This document shows positions 1-9,611 of a stretch of DNA of 64,000 nt, piece after piece. Source of the DNA: Candidatus Poribacteria bacterium. Its GTDB lineage: Bacteria; Poribacteria; WGA-4E; WGA-3G. The notes beneath the pieces are model-generated. The model searched no databases. It had not been told where the DNA came from and saw only the letters and a program-made list of their open reading frames with translations. The position numbers and the translations under genes are program-made. The stretch lies in contig CBDBFU010000028.1 of the NCBI GenBank assembly GCA_965205025.1, positions 201,844 to 265,843 on the forward strand, given 5' to 3'. Each line of letters begins with the position of its first letter. Position 1 is the stretch's first letter.

Positions 1-1
1 C

Positions 2-676
2 AAAGCTGCTACCTACGTTTTAGAATCCGCAGGTTATGAAGTGATTCTACCTGAGAAACGGTGTTGTGGAAGACCTTTAATATCTGAAGGCATGTTGGAT
101 AAAGCCATTGATAACGCACATTACAATATAGAAAAACTGCATAAATATGCTGTGCAAGGAATACCAATAATCTGTTGTGAACCGAGTTGTACATCCGCAT
201 TAACTGATGATTATGTTGATCTTATCAACACACCTGAAGCAAAGCAGGTTGCAGACGCAACTTATTCAATAGAGGAGTTCTGTATAAATGAGAAACAAGA
301 GGATAATCTACAACTCTCATTTAATGGACAATCAAACGATATCCTATTACATGGACATTGCCATCAGCGCGCACTTGTCGGTACACAACCTGTTAAGCAA
401 TTGCTTGAAATGCCACCTGGGAATACTGTTGAAATAATTGATTCAAGTTGCTGTGGTATGGCAGGTTCGTTTGGTTACGAAAAATCACATTACGATATCT
501 CAATGAATATTGGGGAACTCCGTCTTTTCCCTTCTATCCGTGAAAGAAATGATAACTTTATACTGTCAGCGTCAGGATTCTCATGTCGACATCAGTTAGA
601 ACACGGAACCGGTATTCTACCTAAACACCCTATCAAGGTGTTAAGCGAAGCTATAAAAGCCGATAAAGGGCTATAG
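2..676 (+). CDS. C-terminal part of a FAD-linked/Fe-S oxidoreductase (CCG domains), truncated by the window start
   Basis: Frame open from base 2 (KAATYVLESAGYEV...). Motifs CCGRP, EPSC, HGHCHQ, CCGMAGSFG, GFSCRHQ are typical of GlcF/GlpC-like CCG domains. Confidence 0.85.
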   Translation, partial: KAATYVLESAGYEVILPEKRCCGRPLISEGMLDKAIDNAHYNIEKLHKYAVQGIPIICCEPSCTSALTDDYVDLINTPEAKQVADATYSIEEFCINEKQEDNLQLSFNGQSNDILLHGHCHQRALVGTQPVKQLLEMPPGNTVEIIDSSCCGMAGSFGYEKSHYDISMNIGELRLFPSIRERNDNFILSASGFSCRHQLEHGTGILPKHPIKVLSEAIKADKGL

Positions 677-707
677 GACACATTTCCCCCTACAAGGAGA
701 TCGAACA

Positions 708-2153
708 ATGCGGAAGATTTTTGAACCGCTTGAAGACTTTAAAACTATTGATTTACCTGAAAAGGAATTACCGTTTTGGAAAATCGCTGGTCCAGGGGCA
801 ATCTTAGTTGGTTTATCCATTGGTGCTGGTGAAATTGTCATTTGGCCCCTAATTGCTGCTGAATACGGTGGGAGTATGGTCTGGGCAGCAGTTTTGGGTG
901 TCTTTCTACAGCTTTGGATAAACTTTGAAGTCGGAAGATATACAATTGCTACTGGGGAAACTGTATATACAGGTTATAGTCGTATATGGCGGGGATTTGC
1001 TCCACTCTTCATCCTACTAATCGTCGTCGGTTGGATCGCACCTGGTTGGGCACGGGAATCTGGTGCTGCCCTAAAAGCTCTCATTTTCAATTCAAAATGG
1101 ATGGAAGGAACATTCTGGGGATCAGATACTTTTTGGATTATAATTACCTTCTCTCTTGCTTCTCTCATTCTATTCGGACCAAAAATGGTCTATCAGTCTG
1201 TAGAACACACTATTGAGATACTTGTTGCAGTGGTAACCGTAGGACTTATACTTGTTGCTATTTTAGTCGGTTCTTGGGATACTTGGAAGGAATTAGGGTC
1301 AGGTATAATAAATGTTGGGTATAAGGATCCTAAGATGTCAGTAAAAGCCTTATTTATTGCTTTAGTTTTTGCAGGAGCAGGGGGGACCGCGAATCTATTC
1401 TATACCTTCTATCTACGAGATAAGAATATAGGTATGGGTGCGAGAGTTCCAGGTCTACGAAATCCACTCAGAGGTCGGACTGAAAAAGTTCCTGCAGGTG
1501 GATATCTCTTTGAAGATACCGAAGATAATCGTCGACGTTTTGCTGATTGGTGGCGTTACATTAAAAGTGATCAAATGCTTTTCTTTTGGGCACTTAATAC
1601 ATTTACAATTCTACTATTCATTTTCGGCGCACTGGCAGTCCTACGTCCAGAAGGAATTGTGCCTGATAAAAGTCAACTTATTTTCGATGAAGCAAATATA
1701 TTAGGCAAAAGCTTTGGTGAATTCGGACGACGCATCTTCCTTATGGTTGGGGTTGCTACCCTGTTTGGAACACAACTCGCACTACTTGATGGTGTGGGTC
1801 GATCTATTTCAGATATAATTTATACCAACTTTAAAAAGGCACAAAAACGTGCAATGAGTTGGTGGTATCTACTCATAGTAGGGATCTGGATTGTCGCTGG
1901 AATTGTAATTACCTATATCATGGAACAGTTAAATGTTAGTGGTCTCGGTTTCCTATTCAGTGCCGCATATATGGGTGGATTTGCAATGGCAATCTACGTT
2001 CCACTAACTTTGTATATGAATTATCGCTTTTTACCTGGATTCGCAAGACCAAAAACTTTATCAACTATTATGATGTTTATTGCATCTGCTGTATATATCG
2101 GATTTGCAATCGCAAGTATAATTTGGGAGATTAATCGACTCATTGGAGGTTAA
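708..2153 (+). CDS. Nramp/APC-superfamily membrane transporter
   Basis: About 11 hydrophobic segments; N-terminal GPG...IGAGE motif; SD AAGGAG upstream. Confidence 0.7.
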   Translation: MRKIFEPLEDFKTIDLPEKELPFWKIAGPGAILVGLSIGAGEIVIWPLIAAEYGGSMVWAAVLGVFLQLWINFEVGRYTIATGETVYTGYSRIWRGFAPLFILLIVVGWIAPGWARESGAALKALIFNSKWMEGTFWGSDTFWIIITFSLASLILFGPKMVYQSVEHTIEILVAVVTVGLILVAILVGSWDTWKELGSGIINVGYKDPKMSVKALFIALVFAGAGGTANLFYTFYLRDKNIGMGARVPGLRNPLRGRTEKVPAGGYLFEDTEDNRRRFADWWRYIKSDQMLFFWALNTFTILLFIFGALAVLRPEGIVPDKSQLIFDEANILGKSFGEFGRRIFLMVGVATLFGTQLALLDGVGRSISDIIYTNFKKAQKRAMSWWYLLIVGIWIVAGIVITYIMEQLNVSGLGFLFSAAYMGGFAMAIYVPLTLYMNYRFLPGFARPKTLSTIMMFIASAVYIGFAIASIIWEINRLIGG

Positions 2154-2154
2154 A

Positions 2155-2976
2155 ATGGACAAGAATTCCCAGAAGGCCTTTTTTGAAAAGGAAGGCTATC
2201 TTATTGTTGAAAACATATTATCACAAGCAGAAGTAGTGGAGTGCCAATCAGAAATTCAACGCTTACATGAGTTTGCTGCAGGTCAAGAATCCGAAACAGA
2301 AAAAGATCGCGCAGATATAGCACGAAGACATGTACAGCACGAACCTTTCGCCAAAGACGAAACACAAGGGAATGAATTACCTGTTCTTAGAAAAGCTGAA
2401 AATACAAGACAATACTCAGACATTTTTCGTAATTTAGCACAACATCCTAATCTTGTAGCAGTACTTCAAAACCTTCTCGGTGAAGATCTACTCCTATTTA
2501 GAAGTACTCTTATGTTTAAACCTGCTCTTCACGGATCATCACATGGATTGCATCAAGATTCTGCATATTGGCCTATGGAACCACCAAGATTGGTCACTGT
2601 TAGTATTGCTCTTAACGACGCTACTCCTGAAAATGGGTGCTTTAAAGTTGTCCCACGCAGCCACTTATGGGGTGTTCAACAGTGGGGTGGCATTGCAAGA
2701 CAACAGGATGCTGAACTTACAGATCGTGAAGAAGTCGCAAAACAGCAAATGGATGTTCCTCTCTCAGCTGGTAGTGCACTGTTTTTTCACAGTCTCATGG
2801 TACACGGCTCTGGTCCAAATACAACACCACATCCCAGAAATACCGCTCTATATGCATATTTTTCACCTGAGGTACGATATGTAACTAAAGATGGAAAAGG
2901 AGAACGTGCATTCCCTGTAATTTCCGGACTTGACGGAAAAGATGAGATGACGTTCATTGCACAGAAGGCATCTTAA
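2155..2976 (+). CDS. Phytanoyl-CoA dioxygenase (PhyH)-family Fe(II)/2-oxoglutarate dioxygenase
   Basis: HQD...HGS...R facial triad; ENGC motif; GGAGG SD before ATG 2155. Confidence 0.85.
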   Translation: MDKNSQKAFFEKEGYLIVENILSQAEVVECQSEIQRLHEFAAGQESETEKDRADIARRHVQHEPFAKDETQGNELPVLRKAENTRQYSDIFRNLAQHPNLVAVLQNLLGEDLLLFRSTLMFKPALHGSSHGLHQDSAYWPMEPPRLVTVSIALNDATPENGCFKVVPRSHLWGVQQWGGIARQQDAELTDREEVAKQQMDVPLSAGSALFFHSLMVHGSGPNTTPHPRNTALYAYFSPEVRYVTKDGKGERAFPVISGLDGKDEMTFIAQKAS

Positions 2977-2995
2977 CGCAAACAAAAGGGGAACC

Positions 2996-3790
2996 ATGAA
3001 AGTCGCCTTGGAAAAACACACAGCAATTGTCACTGGTGGTGCACAAGGGATTGGCAAGGCAATAGTACAATTGCTGGTAAAGAATGGTGCAAGTGTTGCC
3101 ATTGTTGATATAGATGTGGAATCAGGTAACAAAACCACACAAGAAATCCGAGAAATAGGTGGAAAGTCTATCTTCGTTGAGGCGGATGTTGCAAATCCTA
3201 ATCAGATGGAAGCAGCTGCAAAAACCATCATTACGGAACTCGGCAGCATTCAGATTCTTATCAACAATGCGGGAATAAATACACGCAGTGAACGTGTTCC
3301 AATACACCAATATACTTTAGAAGATTGGCATCGTATTTTACAAGTTGACCTAACCGGTGTATTCGTCGTAAGTCGCACAATCATCCCCTACATGCTTGAG
3401 AACCCACCAGGTCGTATTGTCAACATTAGTTCCATTGCTGGATTAGTGCCACTCCGTCTTCAAAGTGCATTCGTTGCAGCAAAAGCTGGTGTTGCAAATC
3501 TAACACGTTCAATGGCACTGGAACTCGGTCCACAAGGTATTCTGGTAAATGCTGTTGCTCCCGGTTCAACATTAACAAAAGGCACAAAAGCACTCTTTTA
3601 CGGGGAAGATGGTGCCTATACAGAAAAGGCTGCAAGTCTTCTCTCTCACATCCCCCTTGGTCGACCAGGGAACGTGGAAGAAATAGCTGCAGCCGTTTTA
3701 TTTTTAGTCGCGCCTGAAGCAAGTTATGTAAATGGAACTATTCTAACTGTTGATGGTGGATGGACAGCAGGTTATACTCGAGATTGGTGA
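2996..3790 (+). CDS. Short-chain dehydrogenase/reductase (SDR)
   Basis: TGGAQGIG, NNAG, NISS, VNAVAPG, VDGG motifs. The catalytic YxxxK appears as FVAAK. Confidence 0.9.
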   Translation: MKVALEKHTAIVTGGAQGIGKAIVQLLVKNGASVAIVDIDVESGNKTTQEIREIGGKSIFVEADVANPNQMEAAAKTIITELGSIQILINNAGINTRSERVPIHQYTLEDWHRILQVDLTGVFVVSRTIIPYMLENPPGRIVNISSIAGLVPLRLQSAFVAAKAGVANLTRSMALELGPQGILVNAVAPGSTLTKGTKALFYGEDGAYTEKAASLLSHIPLGRPGNVEEIAAAVLFLVAPEASYVNGTILTVDGGWTAGYTRDW

Positions 3791-3817
3791 GCATAGATAT
3801 GTTCTTGGTCCGTATAA

Positions 3818-4234
3818 TCAAGGATTTGGTGGTGAAGTGCAAATCAAAACTTCCAATGTTTCATCACCTGTGTTTTCTATCCCATGCTCACACCACGGTG
3901 GCAAGTGAATAAATGTACCCGCCTTTACTGGAACCTTCTCATCCGCAATAGTCATAGTGCCTTCACCGCGAATGATCACATAACACTCCTCAGTATGATG
4001 ACTACCGGGTTCTAATACCACATGAGGTGGTACAAAAAACATCACCATCCCTAAATTCTCTGCAGGTGCTTTCGGATTGGCAGGATGAACAACACGTACC
4101 CCAATTCCATCACAACCAGGATATTTTACCGGCACACCATCCTGAACAGTTACGACGTTTGCTCTAACCTGTCCTTTAGGTTTGGATACAGGGGGTTCTC
4201 CTTCATATCCTTTAAACATTTTTATTTTTGCCAT
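3818..4234 (-). CDS. Cupin-domain protein
   Basis: HHTEECY...GEG and PPWCEHGIEN cupin metal motifs. Confidence 0.8.
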   Translation of the reverse strand: MAKIKMFKGYEGEPPVSKPKGQVRANVVTVQDGVPVKYPGCDGIGVRVVHPANPKAPAENLGMVMFFVPPHVVLEPGSHHTEECYVIIRGEGTMTIADEKVPVKAGTFIHLPPWCEHGIENTGDETLEVLICTSPPNP

Positions 4235-4262
4235 CAGATTACCTCAAAACTCAAGGATATGT

Positions 4263-5012
4263 TTACGACACAACACTGTTACGTAAAACACCAATTCCCG
4301 CAATTTCTACCTCAACAACATCACCTGATTTCAAAGCAGTTGTTGTGCCAGGAGTTCCTGTGTAAATTGCATCACCAGGTTCCAATGTTATTGCCTTAGA
4401 TATGAAACTCACAATTTCTGGTACAGGAAAAATTAAGTCTGCCGTTGTTTGAGATTGTACCACATCTCCATTAATTCGTGTTTCTAACTGAAGATCGCTA
4501 TAATCAAGATCTGTAACAACTACAGGTCCCATAGGTCCAAACGTATCAGAAGCTTTGGCACGCCACCATTGCAGATCATTCTTCTGCCATGTTCGAGCAC
4601 TCACATCGTTCCCACAAGACACACCTAAAATGTTAGCAGCTGCTTCATCAGGATTGGCTTTAGATGTACGCTCCTTAATGATGACAACCAATTCACCTTC
4701 CGCATGCACATCATCATCACCATCAGGAAGGACAATCTCTCCTTCAGGATCATTAATACAAGATGGGGTCTTGATAAAAATCTCTGGATTCTTCGGTTCA
4801 GGTGCATCACCTAAATGACTCCGATAATTCAAGCCAACTGCTAACACTTTGGATGGTTTCGTCGGGGCAAGCAGTTTTACATCTTCTATAGATATAGATT
4901 CACCGGTCTCGTTAAAATCTGTAAATGGACAAGCATCCAATTTTCGTATATTATCTCCATCAACAATTCCATATTCAACAGTTCCATTCAAGTCATATCG
5001 AGCTAATTTCAT
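4263..5012 (-). CDS. Fumarylacetoacetate hydrolase family protein
   Basis: VGLNYRSH, EGEL, NDVSAR, KASDTFGP, TGTP motifs. Confidence 0.9.
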   Translation of the reverse strand: MKLARYDLNGTVEYGIVDGDNIRKLDACPFTDFNETGESISIEDVKLLAPTKPSKVLAVGLNYRSHLGDAPEPKNPEIFIKTPSCINDPEGEIVLPDGDDDVHAEGELVVIIKERTSKANPDEAAANILGVSCGNDVSARTWQKNDLQWWRAKASDTFGPMGPVVVTDLDYSDLQLETRINGDVVQSQTTADLIFPVPEIVSFISKAITLEPGDAIYTGTPGTTTALKSGDVVEVEIAGIGVLRNSVVS

Positions 5013-5143
5013 ATATAATCCTCCTTTGTTATTCTCACATATATATACCGTTTTGTCAACAATTCTTCCGATATATCACCTAACAAACTCCATCTGTCAA
5101 ATCGTTCAGATAAACTGGACAATTGCATACTACTGACAAAACT

Positions 5144-5172
5144 TTGACTTTTTTATCTCTACGAGTTACAAT
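5144..5172 (+). promoter_or_regulatory. Putative sigma70 promoter of argC-lpxB-lpxK
   Basis: TTGACT (5144-5149), 17 nt spacer, TACAAT (5167-5172). Confidence 0.55.
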
Positions 5173-5204
5173 ATACAATATAGACTATTTACGAAGGTAA
5201 TTGC

Positions 5205-6248
5205 ATGACAAAAATCGGAATCGTCGGTGCATCCGGCTATAGTGGCAGTGAATTATTAAGATTTTTAGTTAACCATTCTGGTCAACTGAAGGTAGAACTT
5301 GTCACATCAGAAACCTACGCTGGACAACGGGTCGAATCCGTACTACCACACCTTCGAGATTTCATTGATCTTGATTTTGAACCATTAGAGATCGGATCAC
5401 TAAAAAACCGTGTTGATGTTGTTGTTTTAGCTGTACCTCATAAGGTTGCAATGACATACACACCACAAATCCTCGCGCAAGACTTGCGAGTCGTAGATTT
5501 TAGTGCTGACTACCGTCTTAAAAATGTACAAATCTATAGCGATTGGTACCATACTGAACATACAAGTCCTGATCTATTCCAAAATGCTGTATACGGTTTA
5601 CCCGAACGTTACCGTGAGAAAATTCGAGATGCGAAACTCGTTGCCAATCCTGGATGTTATCCTACCAGTGCTATACTCGCCACATTACCCTTACTTAACA
5701 ATAGACTCATAGATTTAGATTCTATTATTGTTGATGCCAAATCTGGAATATCTGGAGCAGGTCCTAAACCCAAAGATACAACCCATTACCCAAATAGAGA
5801 ATCTAATCTTGTAGCATACAATATTGGTAAACACCGTCATACACCTGAGATAGAACAGGAATTAGGTGCAATTGCTGGGGATTCAATTTCAATAACCTTC
5901 ACTCCACATTTAGTTCCCATGACTCGTGGCATTCTCAGTACAGTTTACGCTCGATTGGAACAACCACTTGACACTGAAACAGTACTTGATGTCTATAAAA
6001 ACTTCTATCAGAGTGAACCATTTATACGAGTTCTCGACATTGACGAATACCCCCAAACAAAATCTGTCCTGGGTAGCAACTATTGTGATGTTGGAATTGA
6101 AGTAGACAAACGAACACAACGCATTGTTGCTATGGCTGCTATAGATAATCTTGGTAAAGGGGCAGCGGGTGCAGCAGTTCAGAATCTAAACCTTATGTTT
6201 GACTGTGATGAAACTGACGGTCTAAAATCACCTGGACTGATGCCTTAG
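5205..6248 (+). CDS. argC: N-acetyl-gamma-glutamyl-phosphate reductase
   Basis: GASGYSG, DFSADYRL, ANPGCYPT, SGISGAG, HRHTPE, DNLGKGAAG. Confidence 0.97.
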   Translation: MTKIGIVGASGYSGSELLRFLVNHSGQLKVELVTSETYAGQRVESVLPHLRDFIDLDFEPLEIGSLKNRVDVVVLAVPHKVAMTYTPQILAQDLRVVDFSADYRLKNVQIYSDWYHTEHTSPDLFQNAVYGLPERYREKIRDAKLVANPGCYPTSAILATLPLLNNRLIDLDSIIVDAKSGISGAGPKPKDTTHYPNRESNLVAYNIGKHRHTPEIEQELGAIAGDSISITFTPHLVPMTRGILSTVYARLEQPLDTETVLDVYKNFYQSEPFIRVLDIDEYPQTKSVLGSNYCDVGIEVDKRTQRIVAMAAIDNLGKGAAGAAVQNLNLMFDCDETDGLKSPGLMP

Positions 6249-6293
6249 TTCCCTTACTTGACATTCGGAGTTTGCCATTACAAACCTATCCTA

Positions 6294-7442
6294 ATGGAAC
6301 TTATGATTGTCGCTGGTGAACCCTCCGGTGACCTACACGCCTCACACGTCGTAACTGCACTCAAGAAACTACACCCCGATATCACAGTATACGGTATGGG
6401 TGGAGATATGATGGAAGAATCAGGTGTGTCACTGGATATACACATCCAAGATTCTGCTGTGATGGGAATCTTAGAAGCTATCACTGTTCTCCCTAAATTC
6501 CTCAAAAAACTCTCACTGCTAAAGAAAAGACTCCGAGATAAACATCCTGATCTGTTGCTACTTGTTGACTTTGCGGAGTTTAATACCCCATTAGCAAAAT
6601 ATGCTCAGAAGTTAGGTATTAATGTAGTTTACTATATACCTCCAAAAGCATGGGCATGGCGTCCTGGTAGAGCGAAAAAAATCGCTGAACGCACAAATGT
6701 TGTTGCCGCAATTTTCCCTTTTGAATCAGAATTCTATGAGAAGGCTGGCGCATCTGTAAAATTCGTAGGACACCCTTTAGTAGACTTTGCCTACACTGAT
6801 CTCACATCGGAACTGGCACGTGAGAAATTAGGAATTCAAAATGATTCCCATGTAATCGGTTTAATGCCCGGAAGTAGACGATCAGAAGTGCAACGCATTC
6901 TACCAATTATGCTCCAAGCAGCTGTAAATATCCAAAAAACATATCCTGATACTGAATGGATACTCCCCAAAGCACCAAGTATATCAGATGAACAGATAGA
7001 ATCTTGTAAAATCGGAATTGATGATGTGCCTACTATTAAACTGATACACGATGATACATACACAGCAATGCGAGCTGCAACATTGATGTTCGTCACCTCT
7101 GGAACAGCAACACTTGAAACTGCTTGTATTGGCACACCGATGATAATACTCTATCGCACTTCACCCTTAAATTGGAAGATCGTAAACTGGTTAACACATT
7201 TAGAACACAGTGGTTTACCTAACCTAATAGCAGGTAAACGTATTGTACCAGAATTGCTACAAGAAAATTTATCCACACAAAGTCTAACAGATCTCACAAT
7301 TAACCTGTTTCAGAATCCCAATCAACTTGAGATACAAAAAATAGCTCTAAATCATGTCTATAACCAATTAGGGGAGTCCGGTGTAGCAGATAATACGGCA
7401 CAAATAATATTGGACCAAGCTGCATTGGCAACTAAGTCCTAA
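6294..7442 (+). CDS. lpxB: Lipid-A-disaccharide synthase
   Basis: AGEPSGD, WAWRPGR, FVGHPL, PGSRRSE, SGTATLE, LPNLIAG. Start could be the upstream TTG at 6258. Confidence 0.95.
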   Translation: MELMIVAGEPSGDLHASHVVTALKKLHPDITVYGMGGDMMEESGVSLDIHIQDSAVMGILEAITVLPKFLKKLSLLKKRLRDKHPDLLLLVDFAEFNTPLAKYAQKLGINVVYYIPPKAWAWRPGRAKKIAERTNVVAAIFPFESEFYEKAGASVKFVGHPLVDFAYTDLTSELAREKLGIQNDSHVIGLMPGSRRSEVQRILPIMLQAAVNIQKTYPDTEWILPKAPSISDEQIESCKIGIDDVPTIKLIHDDTYTAMRAATLMFVTSGTATLETACIGTPMIILYRTSPLNWKIVNWLTHLEHSGLPNLIAGKRIVPELLQENLSTQSLTDLTINLFQNPNQLEIQKIALNHVYNQLGESGVADNTAQIILDQAALATKS

Positions 7443-7444
7443 CA

Positions 7445-8557
7445 ATGAAACACATCCTCTATTCATTCATTACTACTAAACAACCTGGTTTCTTCACCTC
7501 TCTCTTTCGGATACTACTAACACCGTTAACATGGTTCTACGGAACAATAGTTTGTATACGTAACTTCTGTTACGATTCCAATATACTTAAACAGACAAAA
7601 TTACCATGTCCTGTAATTAGTTTTGGAAATATAGTTGTTGGAGGAACAGGTAAAACACCAGCTGTTGAATCAACAGCAAAACTACTACAAGAAGCAGGAT
7701 ATAAGGTCGCTATTCTACTACGCGGTTATGGAAGAAAAAGTTCAGAAAAGATTTTGATCGTCTCGGATGGGCATAGATGTCTATGCACAAGATTAGAAAG
7801 TGGGGATGAGGCATACCTACTTGCACACAAACTTAATGGAATACCGATTATCGTCGGTAAAAATCGAGTTGATACCGGAAAAATTGCCTGTGACCAATTT
7901 GATTGTGATATTATCCTATTGGATGATGGATACCAGCATCGTAAATTGGTACGGGATATTGATATTCTAACAATTGATTCTACACAACTCTTTGGTACAG
8001 AATCACTACTACCAATAGGAACACTCAGAGAACCATTAGCATCGTTAAAACGTGCAAATATCATTCTACTCACTCGAGTAGATATATCTAACACACAGAT
8101 TGCCAACTTGAAGAATAAGATTAATCAACGGATTCAAAATACTCCTATTTTAGAGAGTATACACCATCCATCATCATTGTATGAGTTAGGAAATCATTAT
8201 ATTCCGATTGATAAATCCAAAACAATTCCAATGAAGAATTTAGAAGGCAAACGGATTTTAGCAGTGTGTGGAATCGGAAACCCAGAGGCATTTAAAAAAA
8301 CACTACTATATTTCAATCCAGAATTTATTGAGTTATTACCATTTCCAGACCATCATATCTATACTGATTCAGATATAGAAAAAATAATACAACAGTCTAA
8401 ACAAGTCAATGCTGAATGGGTCATTACTACACAGAAAGATGAAGATAAACTATCATCACTATCACAACATATACGAGTTCTCGTATTATCAATTGAACTT
8501 ATTATAACTGATGGAAAAGAAGTATTACTCAAAGAATTGCAGACTAAAATAAACTGA
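7445..8557 (+). CDS. lpxK: Tetraacyldisaccharide 4'-kinase
   Basis: GNIVVGGTGKTP, RGYG, GDE, LDDGYQH, GTLREP, FPDHH. Confidence 0.95.
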   Translation: MKHILYSFITTKQPGFFTSLFRILLTPLTWFYGTIVCIRNFCYDSNILKQTKLPCPVISFGNIVVGGTGKTPAVESTAKLLQEAGYKVAILLRGYGRKSSEKILIVSDGHRCLCTRLESGDEAYLLAHKLNGIPIIVGKNRVDTGKIACDQFDCDIILLDDGYQHRKLVRDIDILTIDSTQLFGTESLLPIGTLREPLASLKRANIILLTRVDISNTQIANLKNKINQRIQNTPILESIHHPSSLYELGNHYIPIDKSKTIPMKNLEGKRILAVCGIGNPEAFKKTLLYFNPEFIELLPFPDHHIYTDSDIEKIIQQSKQVNAEWVITTQKDEDKLSSLSQHIRVLVLSIELIITDGKEVLLKELQTKIN

Positions 8558-8559
8558 AT

Positions 8560-9462
8560 TTAGGGTAATGGTTCACCCTCTTGTGAAGTCATTTCAGCAT
8601 AAAGATCTTGTAATCGTCCGGTCATCTCTCCTGGACTCCCCGTTCCAATCTGCCTACCATCCACCTCTAATACAGGGCTTAATTCACCAACTGTTCCTGT
8701 AGTAAACATCTCATCTGCGGTATACACCTCTGTTAAAGAGACATTCCGCTCTATCATCGGAATCTGCGCGGATTTAGCGAGTTGGATAACATTACCTCGT
8801 GTAATCCCAGGTAAACAACTGTCTGCATGGGGTGTAATTACTTCACCTCGCTTGATTATAAAGATATTTGTCGCATTAGTCTCAGAAACAAAACCAAAAA
8901 TATCAAGCATAATCGCATCGTCTACCCCAGCGACATTCGCCTCTATTTTAGCCAGTATGTTGTTTATCAAATTGTTGTGGTGGATTTTAGAATCTACACA
9001 TTGTGCAGTATTTCGACGAATTGTAGAAGTTATCAAACGTATACCGGTACTTGCGTAAATAGGTGGTTTCCATTCTGCTAAAACAATTAAGCATGTACCA
9101 TACTGATTTACCTGCGGATTCATACTTGAGGTAACTTTTTTACCTCTACTAAGGGTTAGACGTATATGGACTTCATCACGCATTCCATTAGCTTCTAATG
9201 TCTCAAAAATAGCCTTTTTAATGTCATCCCGGGATGGAATTCCTTCAAACGCCATTGCATGTGCAGAATCAATTAATCTATCAAGATGTGGATCCAAGGC
9301 AAATATCTTTCCTTTATAGATACGAAGTCCTTCCCATACCCCATCCCCACCTTGGACAAGACTATCAAAAACCGATATTTTCGCTTCTTCACGGGGAAAT
9401 AATTCCCCACCAACATGAATTAATATGTTCTCATTTCGAGAATCAGGTAATTGTGGTTTCAT
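8560..9462 (-). CDS. Class IV PLP aminotransferase (branched-chain amino acid aminotransferase-like)
   Basis: GDGVWEGLR, HLDRL, ETNATNIF, CLPGITR, ADEMFTTGT. Confidence 0.9.
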   Translation of the reverse strand: MKPQLPDSRNENILIHVGGELFPREEAKISVFDSLVQGGDGVWEGLRIYKGKIFALDPHLDRLIDSAHAMAFEGIPSRDDIKKAIFETLEANGMRDEVHIRLTLSRGKKVTSSMNPQVNQYGTCLIVLAEWKPPIYASTGIRLITSTIRRNTAQCVDSKIHHNNLINNILAKIEANVAGVDDAIMLDIFGFVSETNATNIFIIKRGEVITPHADSCLPGITRGNVIQLAKSAQIPMIERNVSLTEVYTADEMFTTGTVGELSPVLEVDGRQIGTGSPGEMTGRLQDLYAEMTSQEGEPLP

Positions 9463-9611
9463 TTACTCTCCTAATTTATTTCTGTTTCAATCATAGTATA
9501 GTATCTGAAAGGTTAATTGAATAAAATTTTCAGTTCCTTCCGATTAACTGGACAATTTATATGCATCTATAAAAGATGAGGCATAAACTTCTTAAAACAT
9601 ACGAATGATTC

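Noticed and set aside
5205-8557. argC-lpxB-lpxK as a functional pathway
   Set aside because: Each is a standard housekeeping enzyme; mixed operons like this are common and no biochemical link is evident.
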